Assembly (NCBI GenBank): GCA_015067715.1
Contig: SVLY01000005.1
Location: forward strand, 8,312 to 72,311
Reading direction: 5' to 3'
DNA from: Oscillospiraceae bacterium
GTDB taxonomy: Bacteria; Bacillota; Clostridia; Oscillospirales; QAMX01
DNA: 64,000 bases
A program made the position numbers and the translations under genes. A model generated the notes under the pieces. The model worked only from the letters and a program-made list of their open reading frames with translations. It did not search any database and was not told where the DNA came from. Shown one piece after another: positions 54,702 through 63,959 of the stretch. The first letter of the stretch is position 1, and each line of letters begins with the position of its first letter.

Positions 54702-54727
54702 GGATCGTTGAAAGGACGGGGAGATAA

Positions 54728-55888
54728 ATGCACATAGTTGCCGCTTTGGATTCGTTCAAGGGGAGCATTTCCTCCCTTTCTGCGGGAAATGCCGTGAGAT
54801 CAGCCGCCGCAAAGGTGTGGCCGGAGGCAAAGGTGACCGTGTGCCCCGTTGCAGACGGGGGCGAGGGCACGGTTGAGGCTCTTTGCACAGGTCTTGGAGG
54901 GCAGATGGTCTCCCAGGAGGTCACGGGACCCTGTTTTGAGCCCGTGACGGCAAAATACTGCATTCTCCCGGACGGTATCACCGCGGTGATCGAAATGGCC
55001 CAGGCTTCGGGTCTTCCCCTTGTGCCGGCGGAAAGGCGGAACCCCCTTCACACCACGACCTACGGAGTTGGCGAGCTGATACTGAACGCGGTCTCCCGGG
55101 GCTGTCGCAGGTTTATCGTTGGCATCGGCGGAAGCGCCACCAACGACGGGGGGATCGGAATGCTCAGCGCTTTGGGGTTTGAGTTTTTGACCGGCGAGGG
55201 GCTTCCCGTGCGCCCCACGGCATCTGGGCTTGGAGAGATAAGAAAAATTCTCCCGGGTAAGCTTGTCCCGGAGCTTGCAGAGTGCTCCTTCCGGGTGGCC
55301 TGCGACGTTAAAAATCCCCTTTGCGGAGAGCTTGGGTGCAGTGCGGTCTTTGCTCCCCAAAAGGGCGCGTCGCCGGAGGATATTGCAAAAATGGACGCCG
55401 ACCTTGCAAACTACGCCCGCCTTGCCCAAAGCTTTACCGGAAAGACCGGTGTGGACACCGCCCATGGCGCCGGTGCGGCAGGGGGACTTGGGTTTGCATT
55501 TCTGAACTTTCTGAACGCAAGCCTTGAGCCCGGCATTGAGATAGTGCTTGACCAGACGGGGCTTGAGGAAAAAATAGCCTCTGCGGACCTTGTGATAACC
55601 GGCGAGGGGCGTCTGGACGGTCAGACAGCCATGGGCAAAGCCCCGGTGGGGATCGCAAGGCTGGCAAAGAAATATTCCAGACCCGTAATTGCCCTTGCGG
55701 GCGGGATCGCTCCCGGTGCGGAAGCCTGCAACGAGGCCGGAATAGACGCGTTTTTCCCCATCGTCCGGGGTGTTACCACACTGGAAGAGGCGCTGAAAGA
55801 GGAAAATGCGGAAAAAAACCTGGAGGCTGCAGCCGTCCAGGTCTTCAGACTTATCGACGTTTTCGGAAAGGATGCTCCATGGAGATAA
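54728..55888 (+). CDS. glxK: Glycerate kinase
   Basis: MHIVAALDSFKGSISS, ADGGEGT and a C-terminal ITGEGRLDGQTAMGKAP are the glycerate kinase family pattern. Confidence 0.85.
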   Translation: MHIVAALDSFKGSISSLSAGNAVRSAAAKVWPEAKVTVCPVADGGEGTVEALCTGLGGQMVSQEVTGPCFEPVTAKYCILPDGITAVIEMAQASGLPLVPAERRNPLHTTTYGVGELILNAVSRGCRRFIVGIGGSATNDGGIGMLSALGFEFLTGEGLPVRPTASGLGEIRKILPGKLVPELAECSFRVACDVKNPLCGELGCSAVFAPQKGASPEDIAKMDADLANYARLAQSFTGKTGVDTAHGAGAAGGLGFAFLNFLNASLEPGIEIVLDQTGLEEKIASADLVITGEGRLDGQTAMGKAPVGIARLAKKYSRPVIALAGGIAPGAEACNEAGIDAFFPIVRGVTTLEEALKEENAEKNLEAAAVQVFRLIDVFGKDAPWR

Positions 55889-56394
55889 ACCATCAGAAAT
55901 ATATGGCCGCCGCTCTGAAGCTTGCCGCCAGAGCCGCCCGGGAGGGCGAGGTGCCCGTGGGGGCCGTGGTGGTTCGCCGGGGTGAGATAGTCGGCCGGGG
56001 ATGGAACCGCCGGGAAAACGGAAAATGCGCCACAGCTCATGCGGAGCTTCGGGCGATAGAAAATGCCTGCAAGCGCCTTGGGGGCTGGAGGCTTTGGGAA
56101 TGCGACCTCTACGTGACTTTGGAGCCCTGTCCCATGTGCGCCGGGGCGATAGTCAACTCCCGCATCCGCCGGGTGGTCTACGGAGCACGTGACCCAAAGG
56201 CAGGAGCTGTGGGGTCGGTGTTCAACCTCTTTGAATATCCGCTCAACCACCGCCCGGAGGTGGTCGAAGGCGTTATGGAAAAGGAGTGCTCCGACCTTTT
56301 GAAGGAGTTTTTTGCGCGGCTCCGGGAAAAGCGCTCAAAGAAGAATGCCGCTGTCGCCGCTGATCCAGCGGACGACACCGTCGGAAAGGTTTGA
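55879..56394 (+). CDS. tadA: tRNA adenosine(34) deaminase
   Basis: CATAHAELRAIE (HAE) and LYVTLEPCPMCAGAI (PCxxC). Confidence 0.85.
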   Translation: MEINHQKYMAAALKLAARAAREGEVPVGAVVVRRGEIVGRGWNRRENGKCATAHAELRAIENACKRLGGWRLWECDLYVTLEPCPMCAGAIVNSRIRRVVYGARDPKAGAVGSVFNLFEYPLNHRPEVVEGVMEKECSDLLKEFFARLREKRSKKNAAVAADPADDTVGKV

Positions 56395-57168
56395 GCCGCA
56401 AACAAAGTCTGCGGCGGAAATGACCTCGGGCACGGCGTTTTCAACTGCCACTTTGACGTCCGCACCCTCGAAAAGGGGCAGGTCGTTGTAATTGTCCCCA
56501 AAGGCAACTATTCTGTCCGCGCCGCAAAGCCCGGCACTGCGGCGAATGGTTTTGGCCTTTGATGCCGAGGCGGAAAAGGCCTCGAAGACCCAGACGTCGT
56601 CGTAGTTCACCTCTCTGTAGAGAACCGTCTTCAGAGAGGTGTCTTTTTTTACGTCCTCGGCAAGGGCAGAAAGCTCTTCTCTGGGGCCAACGGCCGCAAG
56701 ATAGATGGCGTTTTCGTTTTTGACCTCACCGTAGGAGCAAACTGTTTGCCAGGTCTTGTAGGGAGTTTTGTTCCGGGCTTCAACGAAGCCCCGGGTGAGC
56801 TCAGAGCCGTCGTCCCTGTAAAAGACCTTCAGCGCTCCGGAGGAGAGGGTGTAGATCATGGACGGCACCCTGTGACGGGAGGCACAGGAGAGGATATGGC
56901 CTCTGGTTTCGGCTGAGAGAGTCTCGGCGGAGATTATCTTTCTTTTGGCCATGTCGAAAAGCAAAACGCCGTTCATCATTGCCGCCGGGGCAAGCTCACC
57001 GGTTCCGGCGAGAATGTCCACAACGGTGGCGGGGGTTCGGGCGGTTGCCGCGGTGATCAGCAGGCCGTGGGAGGTGAATTTATTGAGCGCAGACCGGGAA
57101 AAGGGGCTTAAGACAGCTCCGGGACAAAGCAGGGTCCCGTCCAGGTCTGCGGCGTAAAGGGTCTTCAT
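56335..57168 (-). CDS. HAD-IIB (Cof-type) phosphatase
   Basis: MKTLYAADLDGTLL and a C-terminal GDNYNDLPLF. Confidence 0.8.
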   Translation of the reverse strand: MKTLYAADLDGTLLCPGAVLSPFSRSALNKFTSHGLLITAATARTPATVVDILAGTGELAPAAMMNGVLLFDMAKRKIISAETLSAETRGHILSCASRHRVPSMIYTLSSGALKVFYRDDGSELTRGFVEARNKTPYKTWQTVCSYGEVKNENAIYLAAVGPREELSALAEDVKKDTSLKTVLYREVNYDDVWVFEAFSASASKAKTIRRSAGLCGADRIVAFGDNYNDLPLFEGADVKVAVENAVPEVISAADFVCGSNLSDGVVRWISGDSGILL

Positions 57169-57683
57169 TTACGGAATCTCCTGTCAAAATATCTTCTGTA
57201 GAGAACGATGGCCTTGGAGAAGCACAGATCGTAGAGCAAAAACACGGCGTTGATAAGTATCACCGCCAAAGGGTAGACGAAGGGAATATCCGGCAGAGCA
57301 GGGCGCACGCCCAGCACCCCGGCAATATACCAGCACAGGTAGACCGCGGCGTTGAAGCAGGCAAGCTTCAGCAGATATTCCACCCAAACCCGGCGCACGC
57401 TTTCGCACCAGGCCTTGAAGATCGGGTAGTGACCGAAAAAGAAAACGTACATACAGGCAACGGACTTGTCGCTGACCAGCAAAAGTGAGAGTATTGAGAC
57501 GGTGACGTACCCAAGGGCGGCGTATTTTATGCCGCATTCCATGAACATCACCGCCACGGCCAGTCCGGCAATTGCCGAAACGGAGGCAGAGACCGTGGGA
57601 ATATAGGGGGCGAGGATCAAAAGCCCAAGGCTTACCGCGCAGAGCACGGAGGTGAGGGCAAGCTTTTTCGTGGAGTTTTTCAT
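57165..57683 (-). CDS. Integral membrane protein (about 5 TM), unknown function
   Basis: ORF 57165..57959 trimmed to MKNSTKKLALTS, because the N-terminal 92 codons overlap the J-domain gene. It is hydrophobic throughout. Confidence 0.6.
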   Translation of the reverse strand: MKNSTKKLALTSVLCAVSLGLLILAPYIPTVSASVSAIAGLAVAVMFMECGIKYAALGYVTVSILSLLLVSDKSVACMYVFFFGHYPIFKAWCESVRRVWVEYLLKLACFNAAVYLCWYIAGVLGVRPALPDIPFVYPLAVILINAVFLLYDLCFSKAIVLYRRYFDRRFRK

Positions 57684-57684
57684 A

Positions 57685-58296
57685 TCAGCAACAGGATATA
57701 AGGTCTCCGCCCAAAAGGTCACAGATACTGTCCGTGCACACGAGACAGGTGCATATACTGCAAAGACTGCCAAGTGCACCGGAGTCATCCCCCCGGCGTT
57801 CGCGGTAGACCTGACGTGAATTGTTAATACGGCTTGCCGCGGCGGCGTATTCCCGGTTGTGGGGGTCGTTTTCCGCGGCGGTGCGGAAATGCTCTGCGGC
57901 GCTGTCCATCCAGCCACGGCGGTAGTGTACCGAGCCCATGCAGAAATACCATTCGCCACCGCGGGCGCTTACGGGAATGGCGTTCAGAAGCTCTTCTGCC
58001 CGGTCGATGTTGCCAAGACTTATCTGGGTGCGTATGAAAGCGTAGTCGCTGCCGGCGTTTGTTTCGGAATAGCCGCCGGAATAGGCGCCGGCGGAGCCTG
58101 TCTTTCCGGCTTTGCGAAGCTCCTGCACCCGGTCGTAGGCGGCGTTTATCTCCTTCATCTTTTCGGCGGCAACGTCTGCAATGGGGCTGTTGACGTAGTT
58201 GTCCGGATGGTATTTTTTTGCAAGTGCGCGGTAAGCAGAGCGGATCTCGTCGTCCGTTGCGTTTGGGGATACCCCAAGCACCTTATAAGGGTCCAT
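57685..58296 (-). CDS. J-domain protein with C-terminal Cys-rich tail
   Basis: MDPYKVLGVSPNATDDEIRSAYRALAKKYHPDNY (HPD motif) and a tail LCSICTCLVCTDSICDLLGGDLISCC. Confidence 0.8.
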   Translation of the reverse strand: MDPYKVLGVSPNATDDEIRSAYRALAKKYHPDNYVNSPIADVAAEKMKEINAAYDRVQELRKAGKTGSAGAYSGGYSETNAGSDYAFIRTQISLGNIDRAEELLNAIPVSARGGEWYFCMGSVHYRRGWMDSAAEHFRTAAENDPHNREYAAAASRINNSRQVYRERRGDDSGALGSLCSICTCLVCTDSICDLLGGDLISCC

Positions 58297-58298
58297 GG

Positions 58299-59171
58299 TT
58301 ATGCTTTTTCCTTTTCTGTTTTGTTCAAGACCCGGCTGACCGTTTCCGGAAGACCGAGATAGATGATATTTCCAACGATGGGCGTTGCCGCATTTGGTGT
58401 GAGAAGCTCAAAGGCCGCCGCGGCGGAGGCAAGGGAGAGCTCAAGGGTCTCGGTGAGCTTCTCCCGGATATCCGGCGGCAAAAGCTCCGCGCCTTCGGGA
58501 ATATCGTACCGGAGAAGCACGGGGTTATAGCTTTTCGTCTTTCTGTCCCGGGCAAAATCGTCTGCCGCGTCCAAAATGTAAACCACCCTGCCGATGTGGT
58601 AGTAGATCTCGTGCCAAAGCCGTCTCTCCGTGCCCTCGGGGCGCATGAGAGAAAAAGCGGCGGTGACTTTTGCAAAGCAGTCCGCAGAGCCGTCCAGCAC
58701 GGTGGCTCTTCCCGGGGGAGAAAGCTCGGTCTCGGTGAGTCCGGCAAGACAGGCCTCAGCGTTTTGGGCAAACTCCGGCCAGGTTTGCTCTGCCCGGGCA
58801 AATTTTCTTTTCCAGAGCCAAAGCAGGGTTTTGGAGACGGTTCTTTTGAAAAAGCCGCTGTCCCGCACGGTGTCTGCCAGCTTGTGGCGGAGAAGGAGCA
58901 TGGTTGCGGCGGCGGAAAGCTCCATGCCTTCTTTTTGGCAGAGACAGGGCTTTTTTCTGCCAAAAGCCGCCGGACAGCGCTTATTACACAGCTCGCCTGC
59001 ATCTGCACTGGCCATAAGGGCGGGCAGGGCACAGTCGTAGCTCACGGCAAAGCGGGCAAGAGGGCCGTAGCTTTTCCCAAGGCTGTGGCAGAGTCCGCAG
59101 TAAGCCGCCTTGTATAGCTCAAACTCCCGGATCTTCAGTTCGGGCTTTAAGGGTCGAATGTATCCGTACAT
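58299..59171 (-). CDS. DUF5685-like protein
   Basis: MYGYIRPLKPELKIREFELYKAAYCGLCHSLGKSYG matches my recollection of the DUF5685 N-terminus. No search was run. Confidence 0.6.
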   Translation of the reverse strand: MYGYIRPLKPELKIREFELYKAAYCGLCHSLGKSYGPLARFAVSYDCALPALMASADAGELCNKRCPAAFGRKKPCLCQKEGMELSAAATMLLLRHKLADTVRDSGFFKRTVSKTLLWLWKRKFARAEQTWPEFAQNAEACLAGLTETELSPPGRATVLDGSADCFAKVTAAFSLMRPEGTERRLWHEIYYHIGRVVYILDAADDFARDRKTKSYNPVLLRYDIPEGAELLPPDIREKLTETLELSLASAAAAFELLTPNAATPIVGNIIYLGLPETVSRVLNKTEKEKA

Positions 59172-59176
59172 GGAGC

Positions 59177-61324
59177 TCAGATCCCGTGCTCGGTGCGCAG
59201 AAGGATCTCTTGCTGCATATTGGGATTAAGTCCGACGAAATAGTCGCTGTAGCCGCCGATGCGAACCACAAGATCCCTGTGGTTATCGGGGTTTTTAAGG
59301 GCATCCCGAAGGGTCTCGGCATCCACGGAGTTTACCTGGACCTGAAAGCCGCCCCGGGCGATATAGGTCTTTATAAGGGCAAGAAGGTTTTCTTCGGAAC
59401 GTGGACCGAAAGAGGACTTTGCAAACTTAAGGTTCACGGCGATGCCCCCGATATAGGGAGTGTGGTCCCATTTTGTGGAGGAGAGGATGGATGCGGTGGG
59501 GCCTTTGCGCTCTCTTCCCTGGGCAGGACCGCTTCCGTCGCCCAGAGGAAAACCGGAGAGCCTTCCGTCGGGGGTGGCGCCGGTCTGAGAGCCCAGCTGT
59601 TCGTGCATTATCCAGCAGAACATGCCGGGGATGAATCTGTCTCCCCGGAAGGTGGTGTTGCCGGCAAGGGCGGTGGGTATCCAGGCGGTCATCTCTTTTA
59701 CAAGGTCGTCGGCAGAGTCGGTGTCGTTGCCGTATTTAACCAGGCTGTTTGAAATTTTAGCGTGAAGAGCCTCACAGCAGTCAAAATTCATGTCAAGGGC
59801 ATTTTTCAGAGCGGCAAAGTCGAGTTCTCCGCTGTAGACCATGTCGCGCACGGTGATGAGAGAGTCGCAAAGGTTTGCCATACCAACAAAAGATGGCATT
59901 ATCCAGTTAACAAGGGCGCCGCCGCGGTCGATATCGCGTCCGCTTTCAAGGCAGCCGTCCACAAAACAGGAGACAAGGGGATCTCCGCCACGCTCGTAAC
60001 GACGGAGCTGATCCAGATTGGCTTTTTCCGCTTCGAGGTCGATCTTTGCTTTCAAACGGCGTCTGTAATCCTCTATGAAAGACTCAAAGTCGGCGGGAAC
60101 CGCTTCTTTTCCGGAAGCAATGTCGGAGATCTGGTTGAGAAGGATCTCTGTGAGGTTGATATAGGGGTAAGTCACCCATGATGCACTGCAACTGCAGGGA
60201 GTTATTTCAACACAGGTGCTCTGAACATATTCGCAGGCTCTTTCGGGAGGGAGCCCGTAGCCGATAAGACCGCGGGTTATGACTTCGTCGTTGAAAATTG
60301 CGGGGTGGGAGCATCCGGCGGCGATCTGCCTGACAGCAAGAGCCCAGAGCTCTTCTGAGGTCCGGCTATGCACCGCAAGTCCCGTTCCCGGATAGGCCAT
60401 GCGTACGATCCCGATGCTCTCGATGAAAAGATGAGTTAACTCGTTTTCAACGGGCTCGCCTTTGCTGTCGCGTCCGCCGACCATATAGCCTATGGCAAGA
60501 CTGCGGGGAATATATTCCGTGTCCAGAATGTCCCGGCAGCAGATAAGCTCAAGTGCATCTGCCGGGGTGAGCCTGCCGGCTTCGATATCGGCGCGGTAAT
60601 ATTTCAGCAGGTACCTGTCCGGACGGCCAAGCTGGTAAAGTCCGTTTAACAGGAAGGTGAGAAAATGCACGCTCTGCAAAGCCTCGCGGAAGGTCTGGGC
60701 GGGTTTTGAGGGCACGCGGGTGAGAATATCTGCGATCTGGAAAAGCTCTTCGGCCCTTTCGGGGTCCGCCTCGGCTTTGGCAAGGGCGAGAGCGTGGTCG
60801 GAATATATCTTTTGGGCACACCTGACACCCCGAAGGGCGGCAAGACAGCCGAGATAGAACTCGTCTTTTTCAAGGTCACGGGGCTCTTTGCGGTCAAGGG
60901 GTGCGCGGTATGCCTCGATCTGGGAAATAACACCGTCCAGACCGAGGGAAAGGAGCTTTTCGTAATTGACTGCCATGTGGGAAGCCTGACCGCAGTTAAA
61001 GGGATGGAGGGCGTCGTGGCCCCGGGCAAGGTCAAATTTATCTGAAAAATCCTGCTGTTCGGCAGTTAAGGGGAGAAAGTCCGGCTTGCCCACGATGAGC
61101 TCGCCGGGGTCAATGACAGGAATGAGGTTTTCGTAGATCGCGGCCTGAGCAAGCCCATGGCGGTGGAGCGTGGAGCCGCACCAGGTGTTGTTGAGCCATC
61201 CCACCAGCCAGCAATAGTTCTGATGTGCAGAACGAATCCCGGAGGGATACGTGTTGAGAGCGTGATCGCGAAGCCGGGCAATTCGGGCTTTTGCTTTAGC
61301 ACTGAGTTCAGTCATGGCAAACAC
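59177..61324 (-). CDS. Glycyl radical enzyme, PFL2/glycerol-dehydratase-like, short form (715 aa), substrate unknown
   Basis: The C-terminal glycyl-radical-like motif is VVRIGGYSDYF (canonical RVxG[YF]). The Cys loop is QSTCVEITP (canonical GCVE). Other conserved blocks are GATPDGR, GRPDRYL and HPAIFNDE. Confidence 0.75.
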   Translation of the reverse strand: MFAMTELSAKAKARIARLRDHALNTYPSGIRSAHQNYCWLVGWLNNTWCGSTLHRHGLAQAAIYENLIPVIDPGELIVGKPDFLPLTAEQQDFSDKFDLARGHDALHPFNCGQASHMAVNYEKLLSLGLDGVISQIEAYRAPLDRKEPRDLEKDEFYLGCLAALRGVRCAQKIYSDHALALAKAEADPERAEELFQIADILTRVPSKPAQTFREALQSVHFLTFLLNGLYQLGRPDRYLLKYYRADIEAGRLTPADALELICCRDILDTEYIPRSLAIGYMVGGRDSKGEPVENELTHLFIESIGIVRMAYPGTGLAVHSRTSEELWALAVRQIAAGCSHPAIFNDEVITRGLIGYGLPPERACEYVQSTCVEITPCSCSASWVTYPYINLTEILLNQISDIASGKEAVPADFESFIEDYRRRLKAKIDLEAEKANLDQLRRYERGGDPLVSCFVDGCLESGRDIDRGGALVNWIMPSFVGMANLCDSLITVRDMVYSGELDFAALKNALDMNFDCCEALHAKISNSLVKYGNDTDSADDLVKEMTAWIPTALAGNTTFRGDRFIPGMFCWIMHEQLGSQTGATPDGRLSGFPLGDGSGPAQGRERKGPTASILSSTKWDHTPYIGGIAVNLKFAKSSFGPRSEENLLALIKTYIARGGFQVQVNSVDAETLRDALKNPDNHRDLVVRIGGYSDYFVGLNPNMQQEILLRTEHGI

Positions 61325-61410
61325 CTCTTTACAAGAGAGCGGTAATATTGTATAATTACATTATATTACATTTGGATAAACAGGTCAACTTATTTTTATA
61401 CGGAGATACC

Positions 61411-62817
61411 ATGAACGAGAATTCCAACAAGCTCTGGGCAGGCCGGGCATCCAAGTCTGCCGACAGCAGAGTTAACGATTTTAACTCATCCATCCGCTTT
61501 GACTTCCGCCTTGTTTTTGAGGACATCCGTGGCAGTATTGCCCACGCCACAATGCTTGGACGCCAGGGCATTATCCCCTCCGACGAGGCCGCCGCCCTTG
61601 TAGACGAGCTTGAGGTCATTGCCGGAGAGGTTGCCCGTGGGGAGCTTTTGCCCCCTGCCGACGCGGAGGATATCCACACCTTTATCGAGGCCGAGCTCAC
61701 CTCCCGTCTGGGGGATGCGGGCAAGCGCCTTCACACCGCAAGATCCCGTAACGACCAGGTGGCAACGGACTTTAAGCTTTGGGTGAGAGAGGAGTGTCTC
61801 AACCTCCGGGCAGAGTTTGCGGGACTTGTGAAAGCTCTTATTTCCATCGCAGAAAAGAATCTGGACACCGTCATGCCGGGCTACACCCACCTCCAGCGCG
61901 CCCAGCCCGTCACCTTCGGCCACTATATGCTGGCATACGTTCAGATGTTTTTGCGGGACTGCTCCCGTCTGACGGACACCTACGAGCGTACCGACGGTTG
62001 CCCCCTGGGCTCCGGCGCTCTTGCAGGCACGACCCACCCCATCGACCGTGAGCTCACCGCATCCCTTCTGGGCTTCTCCGCCCCCTGTGAAAACAGCATG
62101 GACGGTGTTTCGGACAGGGACTTTGCCCTTGAGCTTCTGGCCGACCTTTCCATAGCATCCGTGCACATGAGCCGCCTTGCGGAGGAGATCATTCTTTGGA
62201 GCTCAACTGAGTTTTCCTTTATCGAGCTGGACGATGCATTCTCCACGGGCTCTTCAATTATGCCCCAGAAGAAAAATCCCGACGTTGCGGAGCTTGTTCG
62301 CGGCAAGACCGGCCGTGTTTTCGGCGATCTTATGACTCTGCTCACCGCTATGAAGGGCATTCCCCTGGCTTACAACAAGGATATGCAGGAGGATAAGGAA
62401 GCCGTGTTCGACGCTGTGGACACCGTCCGCCTTGGGCTTTCCGCCTTCATCCCCATGTGTGAGACCATGACCGTAAATGCAGAGCGCATGAGAAGCGCCG
62501 CGGGCAAGGGCTTTATCAACGCCACCGACTGCGCCGACTATCTTGCGGCAAAGGGTGTTCCCTTCCGGGATGCCTACAAGGCCGTGGGCGGTATCGTGAA
62601 GTTCTGCATTGAAAACGACAAGACCCTCGAGACCATGACTCTTGAAGAATACCGCGCCGTCCGGGAAGAGTTTGACTCCGACGTTTACGACGCAATTTCC
62701 CTTGACAGATGCGTTGCGGGCAGGAGTGTTTACGGCGGTCCTGCCCCTGCCGAGGCCGCAAAGAGGCTGGAGAGCGCAAAGCTCCGCCTTGCCGAATATG
62801 CGGAGGTGCAGGCGTAA
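61411..62817 (+). CDS. argH: Argininosuccinate lyase
   Basis: ORF trimmed to MNENSNKLWAGR, after GGAG. Motifs: TARSRNDQV, GYTHLQRAQP, GSSIMPQKKNPD. Confidence 0.9.
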   Translation: MNENSNKLWAGRASKSADSRVNDFNSSIRFDFRLVFEDIRGSIAHATMLGRQGIIPSDEAAALVDELEVIAGEVARGELLPPADAEDIHTFIEAELTSRLGDAGKRLHTARSRNDQVATDFKLWVREECLNLRAEFAGLVKALISIAEKNLDTVMPGYTHLQRAQPVTFGHYMLAYVQMFLRDCSRLTDTYERTDGCPLGSGALAGTTHPIDRELTASLLGFSAPCENSMDGVSDRDFALELLADLSIASVHMSRLAEEIILWSSTEFSFIELDDAFSTGSSIMPQKKNPDVAELVRGKTGRVFGDLMTLLTAMKGIPLAYNKDMQEDKEAVFDAVDTVRLGLSAFIPMCETMTVNAERMRSAAGKGFINATDCADYLAAKGVPFRDAYKAVGGIVKFCIENDKTLETMTLEEYRAVREEFDSDVYDAISLDRCVAGRSVYGGPAPAEAAKRLESAKLRLAEYAEVQA

Positions 62818-62819
62818 AT

Positions 62820-63959
62820 ATGGAGAATATTCAGTTTTCCCCTGCGATCGCCCGAGCTCTTGAGGAGATGGGCTTTGAAAAGCTCACCGAGGTCCAGGAA
62901 AAATCCATTCCCGTCATGCGCTCCGGCGCCGATCTTGTGGCAAAAGCCCCCACCGGCACGGGAAAGACCTTTGCCTTTGGTATTCCCCTTATAGATTCTG
63001 TGGATGTGAGCCTGAACGAGACTCAGGCCGTTGTCCTTGCCCCCACCAGAGAGCTTGCGGTACAGATAAACACGGAGCTTTCAAAGCTCGGCAAATACGT
63101 TGAGGGGCTCCGCACCGCCGTTGTCTACGGCGGCCAGCCCATTTCAAAGCAGTTCAAGGCCCTAAAGCCAGCCCCCCACATTATCGTCGGCACTCCGGGC
63201 AGGTTTATGGACCACATGGGCAGAAAGACCATCCGCACCGGCCGCGTCCGAATTGCCGTTCTTGACGAGGCGGACGAAATGCTGGATATGGGCTTTTTCA
63301 AGGATGTTTGCAAGATAATGGACCGTATGCCCAAGGAAAAACAGCTCTGCCTCTTTTCCGCCACCATCACCCGGGAGGTCATGGACCTTATGTGGCTATA
63401 CCAGAGGGATGCCGAGGAGATAGAGGTCAAGCCCGTTGAGGAGTCCCGGCCGAAGATAACCCAGTACAGCCTGTATATGCGCCGGGAGGAAAAGCCCGCC
63501 GCGCTGAAGCTTTTGCTGAAGACCAACCAATACGACAGCGCCATTGTCTTTTGCAACACCCGGGGCATGACCGCCCGGCTCTGTGCCGAGCTGAAAAGAG
63601 TTGGCTTTTCCGCAGAGGCCCTCTCCAGCGACGTAAACCAGCAGCAACGCTCCCGTATTATGGACGCCTTCAAGGCTCACGAATTTAAAATACTGGTTGC
63701 AACGGACGTTGCCGCCAGGGGCATTGACGTAAACGACGTTGAGGCTGTTTTTAATTTCGACATTCCCGACGATAACCCCTATTACCTCCACCGCATCGGC
63801 CGCACAGGCCGCGCCAGGAAGGAGGGCGTGAGCTTCGTGTTTTACGACGCAACGGAATCTGCCCGTCTCAAGGACATAATCCGCTGCTGTAAGGTAGAGA
63901 TAAACCCCGTTAAGCTCCTGCCGGACGGCACTCTGGAGCCGGACGGGACGGCAAAGTAA
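62820..63959 (+). CDS. DEAD-box ATP-dependent RNA helicase
   Basis: ORF trimmed to MENIQFSP. Motifs: Q motif (FEKLTEVQ), AKAPTGTGKT, PTRELA, DEAD (VLDEADEM), SAT, HRIGRTGR. Confidence 0.9.
   Translation: MENIQFSPAIARALEEMGFEKLTEVQEKSIPVMRSGADLVAKAPTGTGKTFAFGIPLIDSVDVSLNETQAVVLAPTRELAVQINTELSKLGKYVEGLRTAVVYGGQPISKQFKALKPAPHIIVGTPGRFMDHMGRKTIRTGRVRIAVLDEADEMLDMGFFKDVCKIMDRMPKEKQLCLFSATITREVMDLMWLYQRDAEEIEVKPVEESRPKITQYSLYMRREEKPAALKLLLKTNQYDSAIVFCNTRGMTARLCAELKRVGFSAEALSSDVNQQQRSRIMDAFKAHEFKILVATDVAARGIDVNDVEAVFNFDIPDDNPYYLHRIGRTGRARKEGVSFVFYDATESARLKDIIRCCKVEINPVKLLPDGTLEPDGTAK

Noticed and set aside
54445-54711. Three small ORFs (61-73 aa) inside the duplicated-cassette region.
   Set aside because: They use non-ATG starts or lack an RBS, and they read straight through hairpins, a terminator and the second promoter copy. 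A non-coding interpretation is more economical.
57684-57959. The N-terminal 92 codons of ORF 57165..57959.
   Set aside because: They overlap the 3' end of the J-domain gene in another frame. The translation is Pro/Thr/Ala-rich and unlike the hydrophobic remainder. An ATG with MKNSTKK directly follows the J-gene stop.
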